A stretch of DNA of 48,858 nt, taken from assembly GCA_963752035.1 (NCBI GenBank), contig CAVVWZ010000088.1, forward strand, positions 1 to 48,858, read 5' to 3'. A model generated the notes under the pieces. That model was not told the DNA's origin. It did not search any database and was given only the letters and a program-made list of their open reading frames with translations. Of this stretch, positions 19,316 to 29,343 are shown piece after piece. Position numbers and translations under genes: made by a program. Source of the stretch: an uncultured delta proteobacterium (GTDB lineage: Bacteria; Desulfobacterota; WTBG01). The first letter of the stretch is position 1. Every line of letters begins with the position of its first letter.

Positions 19316-22300
19316 TTACAATACCAGTGATGACCGGGCCTCACGTGCCTTCCTGAGAAAGGTCTCCGCTTCACACTCCTCAAAGAGCTCAATCGCAGAC
19401 GAGAAACAGTCACGGGCCTTGTCCCTTTTTCCGGTTACACTGTAAAGCTTTCCTAATCCCAGGTGTGCCTGTCCCTCCATCGCCTTGGCCCCTACCTTTT
19501 GAGCAGACACAAGTGCCCGCTTGTAGTGATTTTCTGCCTTCTGCCTGGCGAAAGGCAGGTTTTTAGCGATAAAGCCGATATTCTTCACTATGCTGGCAAA
19601 GCTGATTGGCGTTTTTCTTCCTGCCAGGGAAGAAAAAAGTTCCCCGAAAATCAATTCTGAGAAGGTATAGCGCCAGGGGGCATTCTGTTCCTGCCACTTT
19701 TTCTGTGCCCCTTTCAGCATCTTAAACCCCTGAGCAAACTTTCCCTCAGCAACCAGCACGACACTTAAAAAACACTGGGCAGGGGTTCCGATATAGTCAC
19801 ATCCTAATCTCCGGGAGAAATCCAGCACTTCCTCAAGGGGTTCTTTTGCCTTGTCAAAGTCTCCCTGGGACACATAGCTCATGCCGAGACAGAGCCGGGG
19901 AAACTGTGTGTAGAGTGGGTCCGTGGATGTCTTCAGGGCCAGTTTGTTGTAACCAATGGCCGATGTAAAATCACCGGATATCATAGAACTCCATGCATTA
20001 AGGGTGTGCCCCCAGGTGGTGCAACGGATGCTGGAAATTGATTCTCCATGCTCAAGGAGTGTTTTGCCTAATGCGCGAATCTGTGAGCAGGCCCCCAGCA
20101 CCCAGTAGGCATAGCCATCTGAATCCCAGGAATGGTAGTTGGGATAGTGTTCCCAGTTTACATCCACCGACATTTTTCTGGCTTTTTCTCCGCAGTAGAG
20201 TGCTTCTATTGGAAGACCTAATTCGGCACTCGTCCACCCCAGCCAGGCATATGCGTGACTGGTAATTTGCTTGTTGCCTGTTGCTTCACCGTGTCTCAGG
20301 GCCTTTTGCAGATAGTGATAGGACTGGTTAAATTTTTCAGCCGCCCAGAAACTTATACCCAGGCAAACATAAAACATACCACACCGCTCCTTATCCTCCA
20401 GAGACTCGGCTAGAGTGATGTATTGTGTGAGCAGTTTTTCAAGGTCTCTAAAGTTACCCCGAAAGTAATAAACCGGTGTCCAGCTGTTGAGAAGTTGAAT
20501 CAGCATGCCTTTGACGGCATCAGGCTCGAAATCCGCACCGGTAAGCAGCTGGTAGGCTTCTTTATAGTATTGATGAGATTCCACAACTGCATATCTGTTG
20601 AGGCTCTTTGTGCCGGATTGCATGAGATATTCAACAGCTTTAAACAGGGATTTTCCCTTTGAAAAGTGAAAGGCCAGGATTTCAGACTTCTCACATAAGT
20701 GTTGGGGGAAGAGTTTTTCTATTATAAGCCCTGTACGCTCATGGATTTCCTGACGTTCTTTTTTGAGAAGGCTGTTGTAAACCACTTCCTGGGTGAGGGC
20801 ATGCCTGAAATCATAGTTCCCATCAGGAAGGGAAGTGTTCACCCGGATGAGACCGAGACGCACCAGATTATCCAGGTGACAGGTGATGCTTTTTTTACCC
20901 TGGGTAATGTGACTCAGAATCGAAAGGTCAAAAGACCTTCCAATTACCGATGCATACTGAAGCACCTGCTTTGCATCTTCATCAAGGCGGTCGGTTCGTG
21001 CGGATATCACACCTTGTATGGTAAGCGGTATGTCGGCCTTGTGTATGGGTCGTAAAAGCTGCCAGTTCCCGTTTGACTTGATGAGCAGTTCTGATTCAAT
21101 CAGGGAATTGAGTATCTCTTCCAGGTAAAAGGGGTTACCTTCAATCTTATTTTGGATGAGCATTTCCAGGCCCCCCGGGATGGAGGGGGTTTTCAGCAGG
21201 GATTGCAGCATTTCCTGGGATTCAGCTTTTGTGAGGTCTTCAAGGAGGATTTCATGTTGTGTTCTGTTTGCTATATTGAGCTTACCACCTGTTTCAAGGC
21301 TGAAGGAAGTGCGAAAGGTGCAGATGAAAAGGGCAGGATAGTGAGTGCTTGCCATAATGTCTTTTAAAAGCTCCAGGGACGATGGATCACCCCAGTGGAG
21401 GTCCTCCATGCAGAACACGGTTGCCCCACGTGTAGCTATAGTCTCAAGGATTGACTTGATAGCCTTTTGAAGGCGGGATTTGAACACCTCCGGATCCAGG
21501 GCAGGTATCCCGGGATAGCTGATTCCAAAGAGGCTTCCAAGATAGGGAACAACCTGTTCGGTCCCGGTACACAGGGAGCCTGTGCCTGATTCGATTTTTT
21601 CCTTCAGGGTTGCTAAAGAGTCGGTTTCCTGTAGTTGGAAGGTGTCTTTCAGTAAATCTCTAAAAAGGAAATAGGGGATGTTTTTTGCATAGGCAAAGGC
21701 GTGCCCTTCTCTCCAGGTAAGTCTTTGGGACGGTAAAGAGTGCTTAAACTCTTCCACCAGCCTGCTTTTTCCCGTACCTGCATCACCACGGATGGAGATG
21801 ATGGAACCTTTCCCCAGCAGGTATTGTTCTGCGGCCCTTTGGAGGCGGGACAGCTCTCTTTTCCGTCCGATGAGCTGTGCCCTCAAACCGTGGATTCGGT
21901 GGACCTTGCGTGGCCGGTTCTTTGGGGCCAGCACCCGGTAAGCCTTTATGGGTTGGGACTTGCCTTTGATCGAGGCAGGGCCTAAGGATTCAAAGGTGAA
22001 ATATCCTTCCGCTTGCTGGCAGGTAACCTGATCAACTACTATTTCACCAACCGGGGCAAGGTCTTCCAGACGGGATGCAAGATTGATAGTTTCCCCTGAG
22101 ATACCATGGGTTCCCTGTTTGAGGTTAACTTCGCCGGTTATCACCAGGCCGGTACTGATTCCCGAGTGCATGGAAAGCCTGTGTCCGATTTTTCCTTCCA
22201 GTTGTGCAACTGCCTGGTGAATGTGCCGGGCCGCAAGTATGGCCCTGACGGGGTCATCCTCGTGGGCCTTTGGCACACCGAAAAGGGCCATGACCGCATC

Positions 22301-22621
22301 ACCCACAAACTTCTCAATAAACCCTTCGTAGCTGGTTATTACCCGGGCGATTTCTCCGAAGATTTGATTCATGATCTCTTTTACCTCTTCCGGATCAAGA
22401 CGTGTGGAGAGATCGGTGTAACCGGAGAGGTCTGAAAAGAGAATGGTAAGATACTTTCTTTCCTGGGCAGATTTTCCTGCCTTCCATTCTGGTCCTGCAG
22501 TTCTATCCAACTGGATGCCACACGAACCACAGAATTTATTTTGTGGCAGGTTACTGGATCCACAGCGGTAACAGGGTAAAAAAACCTGATTTTCAGTCTG
22601 GTAAAGGGAGCGCTTCATCAT
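19316..22621 (-). CDS. multidomain signalling protein: zinc ribbon + class III adenylate/guanylate cyclase + AAA/STAND ATPase + TPR-like repeats
   Basis: 1101 aa. It starts with CYRCGSSNLPQNKFCGSCG. The cyclase core follows (LTILFSDLSGYTDL...KFVGDAVMALFGVP...GETINLASRLE). Then comes the P-loop IRGDAGTGKSRLVEEF and a long helical repeat C-terminus. Confidence 0.9.
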   Translation of the reverse strand: MMKRSLYQTENQVFLPCYRCGSSNLPQNKFCGSCGIQLDRTAGPEWKAGKSAQERKYLTILFSDLSGYTDLSTRLDPEEVKEIMNQIFGEIARVITSYEGFIEKFVGDAVMALFGVPKAHEDDPVRAILAARHIHQAVAQLEGKIGHRLSMHSGISTGLVITGEVNLKQGTHGISGETINLASRLEDLAPVGEIVVDQVTCQQAEGYFTFESLGPASIKGKSQPIKAYRVLAPKNRPRKVHRIHGLRAQLIGRKRELSRLQRAAEQYLLGKGSIISIRGDAGTGKSRLVEEFKHSLPSQRLTWREGHAFAYAKNIPYFLFRDLLKDTFQLQETDSLATLKEKIESGTGSLCTGTEQVVPYLGSLFGISYPGIPALDPEVFKSRLQKAIKSILETIATRGATVFCMEDLHWGDPSSLELLKDIMASTHYPALFICTFRTSFSLETGGKLNIANRTQHEILLEDLTKAESQEMLQSLLKTPSIPGGLEMLIQNKIEGNPFYLEEILNSLIESELLIKSNGNWQLLRPIHKADIPLTIQGVISARTDRLDEDAKQVLQYASVIGRSFDLSILSHITQGKKSITCHLDNLVRLGLIRVNTSLPDGNYDFRHALTQEVVYNSLLKKERQEIHERTGLIIEKLFPQHLCEKSEILAFHFSKGKSLFKAVEYLMQSGTKSLNRYAVVESHQYYKEAYQLLTGADFEPDAVKGMLIQLLNSWTPVYYFRGNFRDLEKLLTQYITLAESLEDKERCGMFYVCLGISFWAAEKFNQSYHYLQKALRHGEATGNKQITSHAYAWLGWTSAELGLPIEALYCGEKARKMSVDVNWEHYPNYHSWDSDGYAYWVLGACSQIRALGKTLLEHGESISSIRCTTWGHTLNAWSSMISGDFTSAIGYNKLALKTSTDPLYTQFPRLCLGMSYVSQGDFDKAKEPLEEVLDFSRRLGCDYIGTPAQCFLSVVLVAEGKFAQGFKMLKGAQKKWQEQNAPWRYTFSELIFGELFSSLAGRKTPISFASIVKNIGFIAKNLPFARQKAENHYKRALVSAQKVGAKAMEGQAHLGLGKLYSVTGKRDKARDCFSSAIELFEECEAETFLRKAREARSSLVL

Positions 22622-23067
22622 TTTTTCTCCGCTGGTTGCATCTCAGGGGTTAACGTGAAAGGGTACAGGGTGCAGGGAACAGGGCTTCCCTCCCGGTGAA
22701 AACATGCCCGGATTCTACTCCATATATGCAAAAGCCATTCCTCTGTGACGACTTCAGTCAAGAAAGTCCATGATGACCCAGGGGTATTGTATGGTGGGGA
22801 GTTAGTTCATTTGAGTTTATTGTGGTTATATTCTGATATTCTGACTTCTTTATTTTTGATAGGTAGGGGACGTTCCTGCAAAATTGTTTTATTACAGGAG
22901 TGTCCAGGAGAAAAAACGCTTTTTTGAGGAGATAACGCCTGATCAGAGGAAAAACTATTTTAAATATTAACTATTTATATGTAAAAAAACAGTTGATTTT
23001 TTAACGGGAATAGTGTAGGAATAAAAATACTTTATACATAAAATATTTTTTTCTCAGAGAGGAGAAA

Positions 23068-25512
23068 ATGAAGGATTATTCTCAAAGATTTGCAGCTTTT
23101 GTTCTCAGGTGGAGATTTATTTTTATCTTACTGTCCGCTTCCCTGACCCTCTATTTTTTATTCAGCTTGAGAAATCTTTCCATTCAGACCAGCCTCGGTG
23201 ACCTCACCCCCCAGAAACACGCTTACATGGAAGTCCAGAAGGAGTTGATGTATATTTTCGGGGGCCTCAACCAGGTGTCCATCGGACTGGTGGTTAAGGA
23301 AGGTGATGTCTTCACCAAAGATACCCTGGATAAGGTTGTCCGGATTACTAAAAAGCTGTACCTGCTGGATGGTGTGAATCCGGGGAGGATTGCCTCACTT
23401 TCTGCCCGAAAGATCAAAAATACCCGTGCCTATGAAGACGGCTTTGAGGTAAAGCGTCTCATGCGCCAGCCCCCTGAAACCCCTGCTGAAATGGCAGGGC
23501 TTAAAGAGAGTATTATTCGCAATCCCATGTTATACGGCCCCCTGGTTTCTAAAGACCTCAAGGCAACCCAGATTATGGTTGACTTTGAACAGGAAGTGAC
23601 CTCCAGAAGAATCTTCAGGGAACTCGAAGAGATTGTCGCATCCGAGAGGGACAGTAACACAGAGATTCATATTGCGGGCCGGCCTATCTTAGAGGGATGG
23701 ATGGATTACTATCTTCCTAAAATGGGGTGGATATTTGGTGCGACGGGATTAATCATGATTTTTCTTCTCTACCTTGCCTTCCGGTCCAAGCGCGGCATTG
23801 TCCTGCCCTTTCTTTCGGCATCCATGGCGACTATCTGGGGATTGGGTGCTACTACCCTTCTGGGATACCATATGGATCCAGCTACTATCCTGGCCCCTTT
23901 TTTCATCCTGTCTTTGGGCATCAGTCACTCTGTCCAGTTTATTAAACGGTACTACGAGGCAATCAAGCAAAATCCACTGGATCGAAGATTGGCCGCACAG
24001 GAAACATTGTCACACCTCTTTGTTCCGGCACTGGTCTCTCTGGTGACGGACGGCATCGGATTTATTTCACTCTTTATTGTTCCCCTGGCTGCAATCAAGA
24101 GTATGGCACTGGCATCAGGGATCGGTGTTTTGAGTATTTTCTTTACCACCGTCACCTTTATACCCCCTGTTCTCTCCTATCTTCCTAAACCGAAACGGTT
24201 AGAGGTTGAGAGAGAGGAACGGCCTAATATACTCGATTCCTTTCTCACCCGGATTGCTTCTCTCATTCACAGACCCGCATTACGGTGGACCACCTTTGGT
24301 GTCTTTATCCTCCTGGCGGCCGTGGGTATGATCGGTGCATCCCAACTGGTGGTAGGGGATAATGAACCGGGCTCTGCCACACTCTATCCGGATTCTCCCT
24401 GCAACAGTGCAGAGAGAATTATCAATGACAAATTTACGGGAACCAACCCTTATTTTATTATGGTTGCAGGTGAGGGTGAGGAGTCCTTAATCAGCAGCGA
24501 AGTGTTAAAAGAGATGGAGTCCCTTCAAAACTATCTCCTGACAAACGTTCCCGAGGCGGGCTACGCCCTTTCCCTTGCCGATTATATCAAGGGACTTAAC
24601 ATGGTAATGTTTGGGGGTAATCCCGACTATTTCACCATTCCTGATAAGAACGGCACGATTGCGGAATACCTCTTTCTCTATTCAATTTCTGGATTCCCCG
24701 GGGATTTTGATCCCGTGGTGAGTCCCAATTTTCAGTATGCCAACATTAAGGTTGATTTCAAAGACCACAAATCAGACACTATCAAGAAGACACTCTTTTT
24801 CACCAGGGAGTGGATTGAAAAATTCCACAAGGTGGAGGCCGTCGATTTTCTCTTTGCAGGGGGCGTAATGGGGACACTGGGTGCGGTCAATGAGATAATA
24901 GAAGAGACCTTGCCGGTCAGTGTCCTGCAGGTTGGTCTGCTGGTTTTTATCTGTGTAGCCCTGGCCTACGGCTCGGCGGTGGGAGGACTGCTCCTGCTCA
25001 TTCCCCTGCTCTTCAACGTGCTGTTTGTTTTCGGCATCATGGGATTAAGTGGCATGAGTCTTACCATAGAGACCCTGCCGGTGGCCGCCCTCAGCATAGG
25101 GCGTGGAGTGGATTACAGTATCTATGTGGCAACACGAATCAGGGAAGAGCTCCAGTCGAATCAGGGCAAAACTCTGGGGGAGGCTACCCAGCGTGCCCTG
25201 GTGACCTCCGGCAAGGCAGTCTTTTTTACCGGTGCCACCATCGCCATTGGTGCACTGACCTGGGTTTTTTCTGATATCAGACTTCATGCACGCCTTGGAT
25301 TAACCCTGGGAAGTCTAACCCTGTTGAACATGGTTGGTGCTCTCATCCTGCTGCCCCTTTTTCTCCGTATCTTTAATCCCTCATTTATCTATAAGAGCCG
25401 TGGAATGAAGAACACCGTTGCAAAAAATGATCGCTTGAAGGAAGAGAGTGTGGACATACAAGAGAGGGGGAATGTCATTGAGGCCTGTAAGGAACAGCGG
25501 GTGTCACTCTAG
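23068..25512 (+). CDS. RND-superfamily exporter of the MMPL / HpnN-like type
   Basis: 814 aa, starting at an ATG behind an AGAGGAGAAA RBS. It has two six-helix bundles separated by large soluble loops and an SSD-like segment (ILAPFFILSLGISHSVQFIKRY). This architecture is typical of MMPL/HpnN lipid exporters. Confidence 0.88.
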   Translation: MKDYSQRFAAFVLRWRFIFILLSASLTLYFLFSLRNLSIQTSLGDLTPQKHAYMEVQKELMYIFGGLNQVSIGLVVKEGDVFTKDTLDKVVRITKKLYLLDGVNPGRIASLSARKIKNTRAYEDGFEVKRLMRQPPETPAEMAGLKESIIRNPMLYGPLVSKDLKATQIMVDFEQEVTSRRIFRELEEIVASERDSNTEIHIAGRPILEGWMDYYLPKMGWIFGATGLIMIFLLYLAFRSKRGIVLPFLSASMATIWGLGATTLLGYHMDPATILAPFFILSLGISHSVQFIKRYYEAIKQNPLDRRLAAQETLSHLFVPALVSLVTDGIGFISLFIVPLAAIKSMALASGIGVLSIFFTTVTFIPPVLSYLPKPKRLEVEREERPNILDSFLTRIASLIHRPALRWTTFGVFILLAAVGMIGASQLVVGDNEPGSATLYPDSPCNSAERIINDKFTGTNPYFIMVAGEGEESLISSEVLKEMESLQNYLLTNVPEAGYALSLADYIKGLNMVMFGGNPDYFTIPDKNGTIAEYLFLYSISGFPGDFDPVVSPNFQYANIKVDFKDHKSDTIKKTLFFTREWIEKFHKVEAVDFLFAGGVMGTLGAVNEIIEETLPVSVLQVGLLVFICVALAYGSAVGGLLLLIPLLFNVLFVFGIMGLSGMSLTIETLPVAALSIGRGVDYSIYVATRIREELQSNQGKTLGEATQRALVTSGKAVFFTGATIAIGALTWVFSDIRLHARLGLTLGSLTLLNMVGALILLPLFLRIFNPSFIYKSRGMKNTVAKNDRLKEESVDIQERGNVIEACKEQRVSL

Positions 25513-25609
25513 ATGAGCGGGGATCTGATTCAGCATAGAGTTCCTGTTTGTCAGGATTAGTTTTATTAGATAAAGGTTGCCGGAATTATTTAAACGAGGA
25601 CAGAAAACG

Positions 25610-26359
25610 ATGGAAATGAAAAAAGATGTGCACTTGAGTGCACAGGACCTGCTGGAAATGGTACAGATGAAACCGGGTGCTATCGGGGACTATACCATCA
25701 TCCCCGGACCCCGGGAGCGGTTGGAGGCGGTTATTGCAAAACTGGACAATCCGGCTGAGGATTTTTCATACATGGAACACACCATGTATACGGGTTCCTA
25801 CAAGGGAACAAAGGTCACCGCAGTTAACGGCGGGCTCTACAGTCCCCAGAGTGCGATTATGGGGGAGGTGGTGTGCGCTGCCGAAACGAAACACATTATT
25901 CGCACGGGTTCCTGCGGTGCCCTGTGTGAAGATATTTCCATAGGGGACCTGGTCATTGTGACAGGTGCAGTAAGGGGTGATGGGACAACCCCCTATTATG
26001 TGCCGAGCAACTTTTCTACCGTTTCTGATGTGAGGGTAACCAGTGCCCTTTTGAACGCGGCAGAGATGCTGGGAGTGAAGTGTCATCTGGGAGTGGTATG
26101 GACCACTGATGCACTTCTTAAAGAGACGAAAGAACTGGTTGAAGAGATGAGAAGATTGCAGGTTAAGGCAGTGGATATGGTTTCCTCCACCCTGCTCACG
26201 GTAGCCCAACTCTATGGGGTAAAGGCAGGAACTATTCTGGCGGTAAGTGACAATCTCATTACCGGAGAGCTGGGCTTTATGGATCCCAAATACTATGAGA
26301 CTGAAGAGGCAATGATAGATATTGCCCTCAAAGCTGTGACACTATTGGAAGGGAAGTAA
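25610..26359 (+). CDS. nucleoside phosphorylase, PNP_UDP_1 (hexameric DeoD/Udp-like) family
   Basis: Track ORF 25577..26359, with a likely ATG at 25610. Motifs are IIPGPRERLEAV, YTGSYKGTKVTAVNGGLYSPQSAI, RTGSCGAL and VDMVSSTL. Substrate cannot be read from the sequence. Confidence 0.85.
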   Translation: MEMKKDVHLSAQDLLEMVQMKPGAIGDYTIIPGPRERLEAVIAKLDNPAEDFSYMEHTMYTGSYKGTKVTAVNGGLYSPQSAIMGEVVCAAETKHIIRTGSCGALCEDISIGDLVIVTGAVRGDGTTPYYVPSNFSTVSDVRVTSALLNAAEMLGVKCHLGVVWTTDALLKETKELVEEMRRLQVKAVDMVSSTLLTVAQLYGVKAGTILAVSDNLITGELGFMDPKYYETEEAMIDIALKAVTLLEGK

Positions 26360-26360
26360 G

Positions 26361-27383
26361 ATGGATCTTCCCCCCCTGGCCTGGTCGGTATCGCTTAAGG
26401 ATGATAAACTCTACATCCTCGATGAGACAAAACTTCCGGAAGAAGAGGTGTATATCACTGCCCCTACCTACCTGGAAGCGGCTCAGGCAATAACTGACAT
26501 GAAGACCAGGGCCTTTGGGCAGGTCTTAACCCTGTTCTACGCCTTCCTGTTGACGGCACGCCACAACAGGGGAGAACAGGCTGAAGTGATTCTTCCCCGG
26601 CTGAGAAAAGTTGGCTGGACCCTTGAAAATGCCCGTCCCACCTTTGCCTTTAAGGATTTAACTAAACAGGTGCTCACCTGGGCTGAACAGGCAGAGGAGG
26701 AAGGGAAGGATATTAGCTCCTGCCTGGAGACTAGCATTCTTGGATTTCTTGACAAACTCAGGATGCTCCGTTTAAAGAGAGCCGAGTATGCATCTTCTCT
26801 GCTTGAGGATGGTGATACACTCTTAACCCACTGCAATGTGAGTGGTGAGATGGTATTAATCGGCCGGGCCTGTAAGCAGGCAGGTAAATCCATTCGGTTC
26901 TATGCTACGGAGACCAGACCATATTTCCAGGGACGTTTGACTGCCTGGGAGCTGGCTGAGGACGGTTTTGACGTAACCATTGTACCGGACAATGCGGTGG
27001 GCAGCCTTCTTTCAGAAGGGCGCTGCCAAAAGGCACTTGTGGGATCAGACCGCGTAGCAGGCAATGGCGATGTGGTTAATAAGGTGGGAACCTTCCAGGT
27101 AGCAGTGGCCGCAAAGAAATTTCGGATTCCTTTCTATGTGCTGGTGCAGGAGCCCGGCAGTACAGCCACCGGGGCGGAGATTCCTATTGAAGAACGGGAT
27201 ATGCAGGAGGTACTCTTTTACAAGGGTAAGCGGCTCTATCCTGAAGCAGTAAACGGTTATTACCCTGCCTTTGATCTTACTCCTGCAGGGTATGTTACAC
27301 GTTTGATCAGCTTTGGCGGTATTATTGATCCCCGGGAACTTCCTCAGGCATGGAAAAAAGTTCAAGGAGCAATGAGAAGTTAA
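26361..27383 (+). CDS. MtnA-like sugar-1-phosphate isomerase (eIF-2B alpha/beta/delta fold)
   Basis: 340 aa. It has LYILDETKLPEE at the N-terminus, LLTHCNVSGE (catalytic Cys position), ETRPYFQGRLTAWEL and GSDRVAGNGDVVNKVGTFQVAVAAKKFRIPFYVL (catalytic Asp position). It starts 2 nt after the phosphorylase stop. Confidence 0.85.
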   Translation: MDLPPLAWSVSLKDDKLYILDETKLPEEEVYITAPTYLEAAQAITDMKTRAFGQVLTLFYAFLLTARHNRGEQAEVILPRLRKVGWTLENARPTFAFKDLTKQVLTWAEQAEEEGKDISSCLETSILGFLDKLRMLRLKRAEYASSLLEDGDTLLTHCNVSGEMVLIGRACKQAGKSIRFYATETRPYFQGRLTAWELAEDGFDVTIVPDNAVGSLLSEGRCQKALVGSDRVAGNGDVVNKVGTFQVAVAAKKFRIPFYVLVQEPGSTATGAEIPIEERDMQEVLFYKGKRLYPEAVNGYYPAFDLTPAGYVTRLISFGGIIDPRELPQAWKKVQGAMRS

Positions 27384-27395
27384 CTGAGCAACATC

Positions 27396-27480
27396 GAACG
27401 TCCAACATTGAATGTTGAATGAAAAGAAAAAAGAATGACGAAAGACGAACAATCGAGTGACGAATGAAAAAAACAGGAGG
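27396..27480 (+). repeat. post-stop purine-rich repeat, copy A
   Basis: GAACGTCCAACATTGAATGTTGAATGAAAAGAAAAAAGAATGACGAAAGACGAACAATCGAGTGACGAATGAAAAAAACAGGAGG. It begins 13 nt after the MtnA-like stop and is nearly identical to copy B at 29836. Confidence 0.8.
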
Positions 27481-27537
27481 AATGAGTTGCGGGTTGCATG
27501 TACAAGTTTTACCTCTCGGATGAGATTCTATCATAAT

Positions 27538-27626
27538 GTCATTGCGAGGAAATGAAATGACCGAAGCAATCTCATGACACGTTAAAAACTGAGATTGCCA
27601 CGCTCCCTTTGGTCGCTCGCAATGAC
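27538..27626. repeat. nested palindromic element GTCATTGCGAG ... CTCGCAATGAC
   Basis: The outer arms are GTCATTGCGAG (27538-27548) and CTCGCAATGAC (27616-27626). The inner arms are GAAGCAATCTCA (27563-27574) and TGAGATTGC (27590-27598). A half copy (GAGATTGCTTCG...CTCGCAATGAC) sits at 19250-19287. Confidence 0.7.
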
Positions 27627-27811
27627 CGGTAGGGAACCCTTTTGAACATTTGATATTTAAAATTTATTTGGAATTTGGGTTTTGGTATTTTGATTTTATA
27701 CCTGTACTTCTCTGTGCTCTCTGTGGTTTAAGTTTTTAATTTAGGCATTCTAGGCAATTTAGCTCATTTTAGGCATTTGTACTAATTAACATTTAAGAAG
27801 GAGGAGAACCA

Positions 27812-29269
27812 ATGAAAGTACTGTTTTTACAACCCCCTTTAGGTTCGTGGGTAACCTGGGGGAATCACAAACCGATTAATGTGAGCCACGCTCAAATGTC
27901 AGCCTGTGTCAGGACGTGGGTGCCGGAGGCAGAGGTTAAGGTGCTGGACTGCCGTGCTTTAGACCTGGATACAGAGAAGATGGTTGCAGCCATTCAGGAA
28001 ATTGATCCGGATCTTATCTACATGGGTGATGCCTACCAGATGACGGAGACCGTAGCCATTGTTCCCCACTACCAGAACGCAGCCCGGCGGATAAAAAAGA
28101 CACGTCCTGACACCCCCATTTGTGTGGGAGGATTTTACGTCGCGGCCAATTATCAGGCTGTTGCGGATGAAACACCCGAGTTTGATTTTGTCCTCGCCGG
28201 GGAGCCGGAAATGACCTTCACCGAACTGTGCAAAGAACTGGTTAAGCCCGAGCCGGACCTCCCTTCAGTGAAGGGATTGATGTACCGTCAGAATGGGGAT
28301 ATCAAACTCAATGAATACCGTCCCCTCATGAAAAATCTGGACGAGCTTCCCATGCCAGCCTATGACCTGTTCCCCATGGATAAATATCTCGGCTATGGTT
28401 CGTTGCCTCACTATCAGGAAATATTCACCTCCCGGGGATGTCCCTTCGGTTGCAGCTTTTGTATCGACTGGGTTACCATGGATCCTCGCGGTAACAGGGA
28501 CTGGCAGAAATACAGAATCAAGTCAGCTAAACAGGTAGTGGATGAACTGGAGCTTTTGGAAAATGAGTATGGGGTAGAGTACGTTCATATTTTTGATTTA
28601 AATTTCAATCCTAAGAGAAGCAGGATTGAAGCGTTCCTCAAAGAGATGCAGCAGCGGAAGCTTAAGATGAAATACTGCTTTCTGGGTAATGCACATTCAT
28701 TTATCCGGGACAGCGATTTGCTTGAAGACCTGCATAAAACGGGCTTTGTTACGGGCGTCTTTGGTCTTGAGGTGGCAGATGAGGACGAACTGAAAAAGAT
28801 GCATAAGGGGATTACCCTTGATGAGGTCCGGGAGGTTACGGCCCAGTTTAGAAAATATGGTATTACATCGGTGATTACCTGGATGATTGGATTTCCCGAT
28901 GATGATGAGAAGATAATAAAACATCGCTTGAACACGCTGGATCAGATCGATCCGGACGTCATGGCCCTGCAGATGTTGCTGCCGGTGCCCGGCATGCCCA
29001 TGTATGAGGAGTGTGTTCCCTTTATTGAGGAACATGACCTTACCAAGTGGGACTTTCACCAACCGGTAGTTCGCACCAAGCATTTAACCAGAGAACAGCT
29101 TGGAAGCCTGGCAGCCTGGGCCAATAAGGAATTTTACACTAAGAAAGACCGTGTTCAACGTGTCCTTCAAAGTGAAGTTTTGTCTCCTTACAGTAAGGCC
29201 ATCTTTAAGAGCTACATAGCCAGTATGGATGAATACACCACTAAGGCAGCCCAGGATGTGGCTGTATAA
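27812..29269 (+). CDS. B12-binding-domain radical SAM protein (class B)
   Basis: 485 aa, with an ATG behind an AAGGAGGAG RBS. The N-terminal cobalamin-binding-like Rossmann segment (KVLFLQPP...IYMGDA...ICVGGFY) is followed by the radical SAM core with SRGCPFGCSFC. Confidence 0.88.
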   Translation: MKVLFLQPPLGSWVTWGNHKPINVSHAQMSACVRTWVPEAEVKVLDCRALDLDTEKMVAAIQEIDPDLIYMGDAYQMTETVAIVPHYQNAARRIKKTRPDTPICVGGFYVAANYQAVADETPEFDFVLAGEPEMTFTELCKELVKPEPDLPSVKGLMYRQNGDIKLNEYRPLMKNLDELPMPAYDLFPMDKYLGYGSLPHYQEIFTSRGCPFGCSFCIDWVTMDPRGNRDWQKYRIKSAKQVVDELELLENEYGVEYVHIFDLNFNPKRSRIEAFLKEMQQRKLKMKYCFLGNAHSFIRDSDLLEDLHKTGFVTGVFGLEVADEDELKKMHKGITLDEVREVTAQFRKYGITSVITWMIGFPDDDEKIIKHRLNTLDQIDPDVMALQMLLPVPGMPMYEECVPFIEEHDLTKWDFHQPVVRTKHLTREQLGSLAAWANKEFYTKKDRVQRVLQSEVLSPYSKAIFKSYIASMDEYTTKAAQDVAV

Positions 29270-29343
29270 GGATTGTCTTTTTTCACCAGTGGAACACGAG
29301 TTGGGAGGGATAAGAAATTAAAAAGAATCTGCTCACCTTCGGG

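Noticed and set aside
26361-27383. Annotation as translation initiation factor eIF-2B subunit
   Set aside because: Bacteria lack eIF-2B. The conserved THCN Cys and GxDR Asp motifs, and the neighbouring phosphorylase and aldolase, point to a sugar-1-phosphate isomerase of the MtnA/DrdI type.
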